Of a DNA stretch of 64,000 nt, positions 60,702 to 64,000 are shown piece after piece. A model generated the notes under the pieces. The model made no database searches and was not told where the DNA came from. It worked only from the letters and a program-made list of their open reading frames with translations. How positions within the stretch are numbered: position 1 is the first letter of the stretch; the number at the start of each line of letters is the position of its first letter. The translations under genes and the position numbers were made by a program. The stretch comes from Picochlorum sp. SENEW3 (Eukaryota), in NCBI GenBank assembly GCA_034226945.1, contig CP120460.1, positions 186,001 through 250,000 on the forward strand, written 5' to 3'.

Positions 60702-61361
60702 TTAATTAATGGGTGAGCTATCACAAGACACCATCAGAGCTCGCTGCATAGCAATTCCGCTCAAAACATTGATCACTCCCAAAGCAAGTATCCAAGCATA
60801 CTTCAAGCCCGAGCTTGCGTATATGCATGCAAACACGATGCCTAAGAAGTACCTGCCAAGTACAGTGCTGATATAAAAATAACGGGGTTGGTTGCCCTGC
60901 ATATCATCTATGGCTGCGCCACAATAATATGCTCCAAAGAGGATTGCCAGACAGCCTCCAATGCGGACGAGGACAGGGTCGACAGCAAGCGACGCTGTAT
61001 TCCTTGACATGAAAGAGCATATGCGAATGATAAAATCTGGAAAAAGGAGCGCCACTGCCCCGATGGTGGAAATATATGCGCAGGTCCTGAGGGCTGTTTG
61101 GGCCGTTTGGGAAATCCTACCTGTGAGTAGTATTCTGGTGCCCACTTGCTGCAGCCATCCAGATCCATCTTCCTTCTCCTTATACATATCATTGGTGCCA
61201 TCAGTCTTATTTGTAGCACATATGCGGGCAGATATCCCGCGCTTGTCAGGCCTAAGATGCTGTGTGAACTGCACCGAGGTGGCAAGACAACAATAGGGCA
61301 GATTGAACGTTTGGGGCATTGCTATCGATCTGCCGATCGTTTTGAATGGTACGACCACCAT
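60702..61361 (-). CDS. Uncharacterised ~4-TM membrane protein with transit-peptide-like N-terminus
   Basis: 219-aa ORF with four hydrophobic segments (G.LAILFGAYY, FY.STVLGR). Confidence 0.7.
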   Translation of the reverse strand: MVVVPFKTIGRSIAMPQTFNLPYCCLATSVQFTQHLRPDKRGISARICATNKTDGTNDMYKEKEDGSGWLQQVGTRILLTGRISQTAQTALRTCAYISTIGAVALLFPDFIIRICSFMSRNTASLAVDPVLVRIGGCLAILFGAYYCGAAIDDMQGNQPRYFYISTVLGRYFLGIVFACIYASSGLKYAWILALGVINVLSGIAMQRALMVSCDSSPIN

Positions 61362-61863
61362 CGTTCTATAGCTTGATCGATGACACGCTCAGTTTCCTTT
61401 TCGTTGTCACGTGCCCTCTGACGATATTCCAAGTCCTGTCCTGGTGGTATATTGACAATATCCAACACTTCCATCACCTGCCTACGCGCATCCCTGCATA
61501 TATATATATATGTATATGTTTTTTATCAGTACACATTTTGTTTCACAAAATGCCAGCATGTATGGGAAGAAAGACGCACCTGACCGGTTGTGCTCGTAAC
61601 AGGACTCGTTTAGCTTTTGACAAGAGCAGCAAGGGCGACATACCATAGCACTGATGTCTTCTTCGAATACTATTTTATAAAAAACATGGTCTTGGGAATT
61701 GATTGATGAACGCATATTCGTTCATCGTCATGAGAAAGGAACTGAGCGCCTTGTTTGGGCGCCTGGTACCCATCAGGTGACGCACTGCGAATCCTTGAAT
61801 AGGCTCTGTGCACACGATACTCCTTCCGAAGCGATTCAATCTGAAATATATGTATGTGTGGGC

Positions 61864-62526
61864 ATGGGTTTGTATCGATTGATACTGAACGGTTCAGGAG
61901 TTTCGTTACACGCCTTTGCTTCAAAGCGAGTTGCATTTTCTCACCCAACAAGGACACGCATTTGCAGTATGGCAGGTGATGATGGCAGTGGAACGTACAC
62001 ATATATGTATCCACGACCTGCAGTGACAGTGGATGCTGCTCTGGTAACGGACGACCCTGTGAGTCCCCACATTTTGTTGATCAAACGCAAGAATGATCCT
62101 TTTGCTGGCAAATGGGCTTTGCCTGGTGGATTCGTGGACGAGAATGAGCCTTTGTGGTCCGCAGCATATCGAGAGTTAGAAGAAGAAACAAGTATTCCTA
62201 AAAGTGCGCTTAAAACCCCATTGCGGCAGGTGGAAACCTTTGGCAATCCTGGGAGAGATCCTCGAGGCTGGACTGTGACTGTGGTGTTTGGAGCAGTCGT
62301 GGATACTTCGGTCAGAGAGCTATCAAAGGCAGCCGATGATGCAGCTGAAGCTGAGTGGTTTGACTGCACAGGTGGTACGCTTCCGGATATGGCGTTTGAT
62401 CACGATCTTGTGGTGCGTCGTGTTCTTGAAGCAGTGAGAGACTGGAAAGACACTCCAAAGGATTTGGCGCATTCACTGGATAGATGCATGCCTCATTTTA
62501 CTGGTGGGGTGAAAAATCCAGAATAA
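61864..62526 (+). CDS. Nudix hydrolase, bacterial ADP-ribose pyrophosphatase-like
   Basis: YPRPAVTVD, WALPGGFVDENE...AAYRELEEET Nudix box, GRDPRG, DDA, AFDH. Confidence 0.9.
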   Translation: MGLYRLILNGSGVSLHAFASKRVAFSHPTRTRICSMAGDDGSGTYTYMYPRPAVTVDAALVTDDPVSPHILLIKRKNDPFAGKWALPGGFVDENEPLWSAAYRELEEETSIPKSALKTPLRQVETFGNPGRDPRGWTVTVVFGAVVDTSVRELSKAADDAAEAEWFDCTGGTLPDMAFDHDLVVRRVLEAVRDWKDTPKDLAHSLDRCMPHFTGGVKNPE

Positions 62527-62557
62527 TAATTGTATGTAATTATGATGAAATAATGTT

Positions 62558-64000
62558 CTACTCTGCGTCGCTTTCCGAGACCTGTAAGACGGCCATGAAG
62601 GCTTCCTGTGGTACCTCCACCTTGCCAAACTGCTTCATTCTCTTTTTTCCTTTTGCCTGTTTCTTGAGTAATTTCTTCTTTCTTGAAATATCACCGCCAT
62701 AACATTTTGCCAGGACATCTTTACGCATGGCAGGTATAGCTTCTGATGCAATGACTCTGGATCCAACAGCAGCCTGAATGGGTACTTTGAACTGTTGACG
62801 AGGGATGAGCTCCTTCAACTTCTTCACCAGGGCTTTACCCATGGCATACGCGCGATCTCGGTGTACAATCGAAGCGAGTGGGTCGATTGGTTCGCCATTA
62901 ATTTTAATCTCCAAGAGGACAAGATCATTCTTTTTGTATCCCGTCACGGAATACTCCATACTAGCATAGCCTCTTGACCTTGACTTGAGCACATCGAAAA
63001 AGTCAGTCACAACCTCTGCAAGAGGCATGGAATACACGAGTGTTGTCCTTGTTTCGGTCAAATACGTCATATCAATATATTCACCCCTTCTTGATTGTGC
63101 AAGTTCCATAATGGCTCCAACAAATTCTTTGGGTGTAATGATTTCCATTCTAACGTATGGTTCTGAGACATTCTCGCGCTTTGAAGCTTCTGGAAGTTTT
63201 GATGGGCAATCAACAACATGCTCTTCATGGTCTGTTGTCTCACATTTAAACACAACTGTTGGCGCTGTAGTAATAAGATCCAAATCGTACTCTCTCTCCA
63301 AGCGCTCTTGAACAATTTCCATATGCAATAAACCTAAAAAGCCACAGCGAAATCCAAATCCCATGGCAGATGAAACCTCTGGTTCAAACTGCAGCGCAGA
63401 GTCATTCAGCTGCAATTTAAGCAACGCCTCACGCAAATCCGGATATTGCTGAGCATCAGTCGGGAACAATCCACAGAAAACCATCGGAAGAACTTCTGTG
63501 TATCCTGGAAGCACCTCATCTGCTGGATTCTTCACATTTGTAATTGTATCACCAACCCTTGCATCCGACACCTGTTTGATGGAGGCTGATAAATATCCGA
63601 CCTCCCCACAGTACAACTCATGTACCGGTATAGCTTTTGGAGATAACACACCCAGCTCTGTAATCTCATACTCACATTCTGTATTCATAAACCTGACCAC
63701 ATCCCCCTTTCTCACAGCACCATCTGTCACTCGAAACTGAACAACAACACCCTTGTAGGGATCATAATACGAGTCGAAAATTAAAGATCGATGCTTCTCT
63801 TCTCGCGTATCCACTGGAGGAGGAATTCTTTCTACAACAGCTTCCAATATATCTTCAATACCCAATCCCTGCTTGGCTGATGCCATGATGGCATTTGAGC
63901 AGTCCAAGCCAATTACCTCTTCGATTTCTCTCTTCACTCGTTCTGGATCAGCACCAGGAAGGTCAATTTTATTCAACACTGGAATAATTTCGAGATCATT
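62558..64000 (-). CDS. lepA: Translation factor LepA/EF4 (organellar, likely plastid); 5' end lies outside the window
   Basis: [57 protein letters not shown]. Confidence 0.96.
   Translation of the reverse strand, partial: NDLEIIPVLNKIDLPGADPERVKREIEEVIGLDCSNAIMASAKQGLGIEDILEAVVERIPPPVDTREEKHRSLIFDSYYDPYKGVVVQFRVTDGAVRKGDVVRFMNTECEYEITELGVLSPKAIPVHELYCGEVGYLSASIKQVSDARVGDTITNVKNPADEVLPGYTEVLPMVFCGLFPTDAQQYPDLREALLKLQLNDSALQFEPEVSSAMGFGFRCGFLGLLHMEIVQERLEREYDLDLITTAPTVVFKCETTDHEEHVVDCPSKLPEASKRENVSEPYVRMEIITPKEFVGAIMELAQSRRGEYIDMTYLTETRTTLVYSMPLAEVVTDFFDVLKSRSRGYASMEYSVTGYKKNDLVLLEIKINGEPIDPLASIVHRDRAYAMGKALVKKLKELIPRQQFKVPIQAAVGSRVIASEAIPAMRKDVLAKCYGGDISRKKKLLKKQAKGKKRMKQFGKVEVPQEAFMAVLQVSESDAE

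Overview
This is a very gene-dense eukaryotic nuclear segment from a compact green-algal genome. It looks Chlorophyta-like, plausibly a Picochlorum-type trebouxiophyte; that placement is an inference from nuclear psaL, plastid-targeted genes, short GT-AG introns of about 65-105 nt and recurrent TGTAA poly(A) signals. About 36 protein-coding genes were reconstructed, many by joining exons by eye. Most are housekeeping, RNA-helicase, ER or plastid genes. No rRNA, canonical tRNA, CRISPR array or intact transposon was seen. The most notable items are: an intact, spliced PIF/Harbinger-derived gene with altered metal ligands and no TIRs or Myb partner (a candidate domesticated ALP1/HARBI1-like gene); a SAND+Tudor chromatin-reader candidate; a dually acylated four-CNB PKG-like kinase; a PPR-SMR-cyclin-type protein with a Q-rich N-terminus; a 79-nt cloverleaf-like element; and gene packing tight enough to force overlapping or possibly bicistronic transcripts. 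All identifications come from motif recognition, not database searches.
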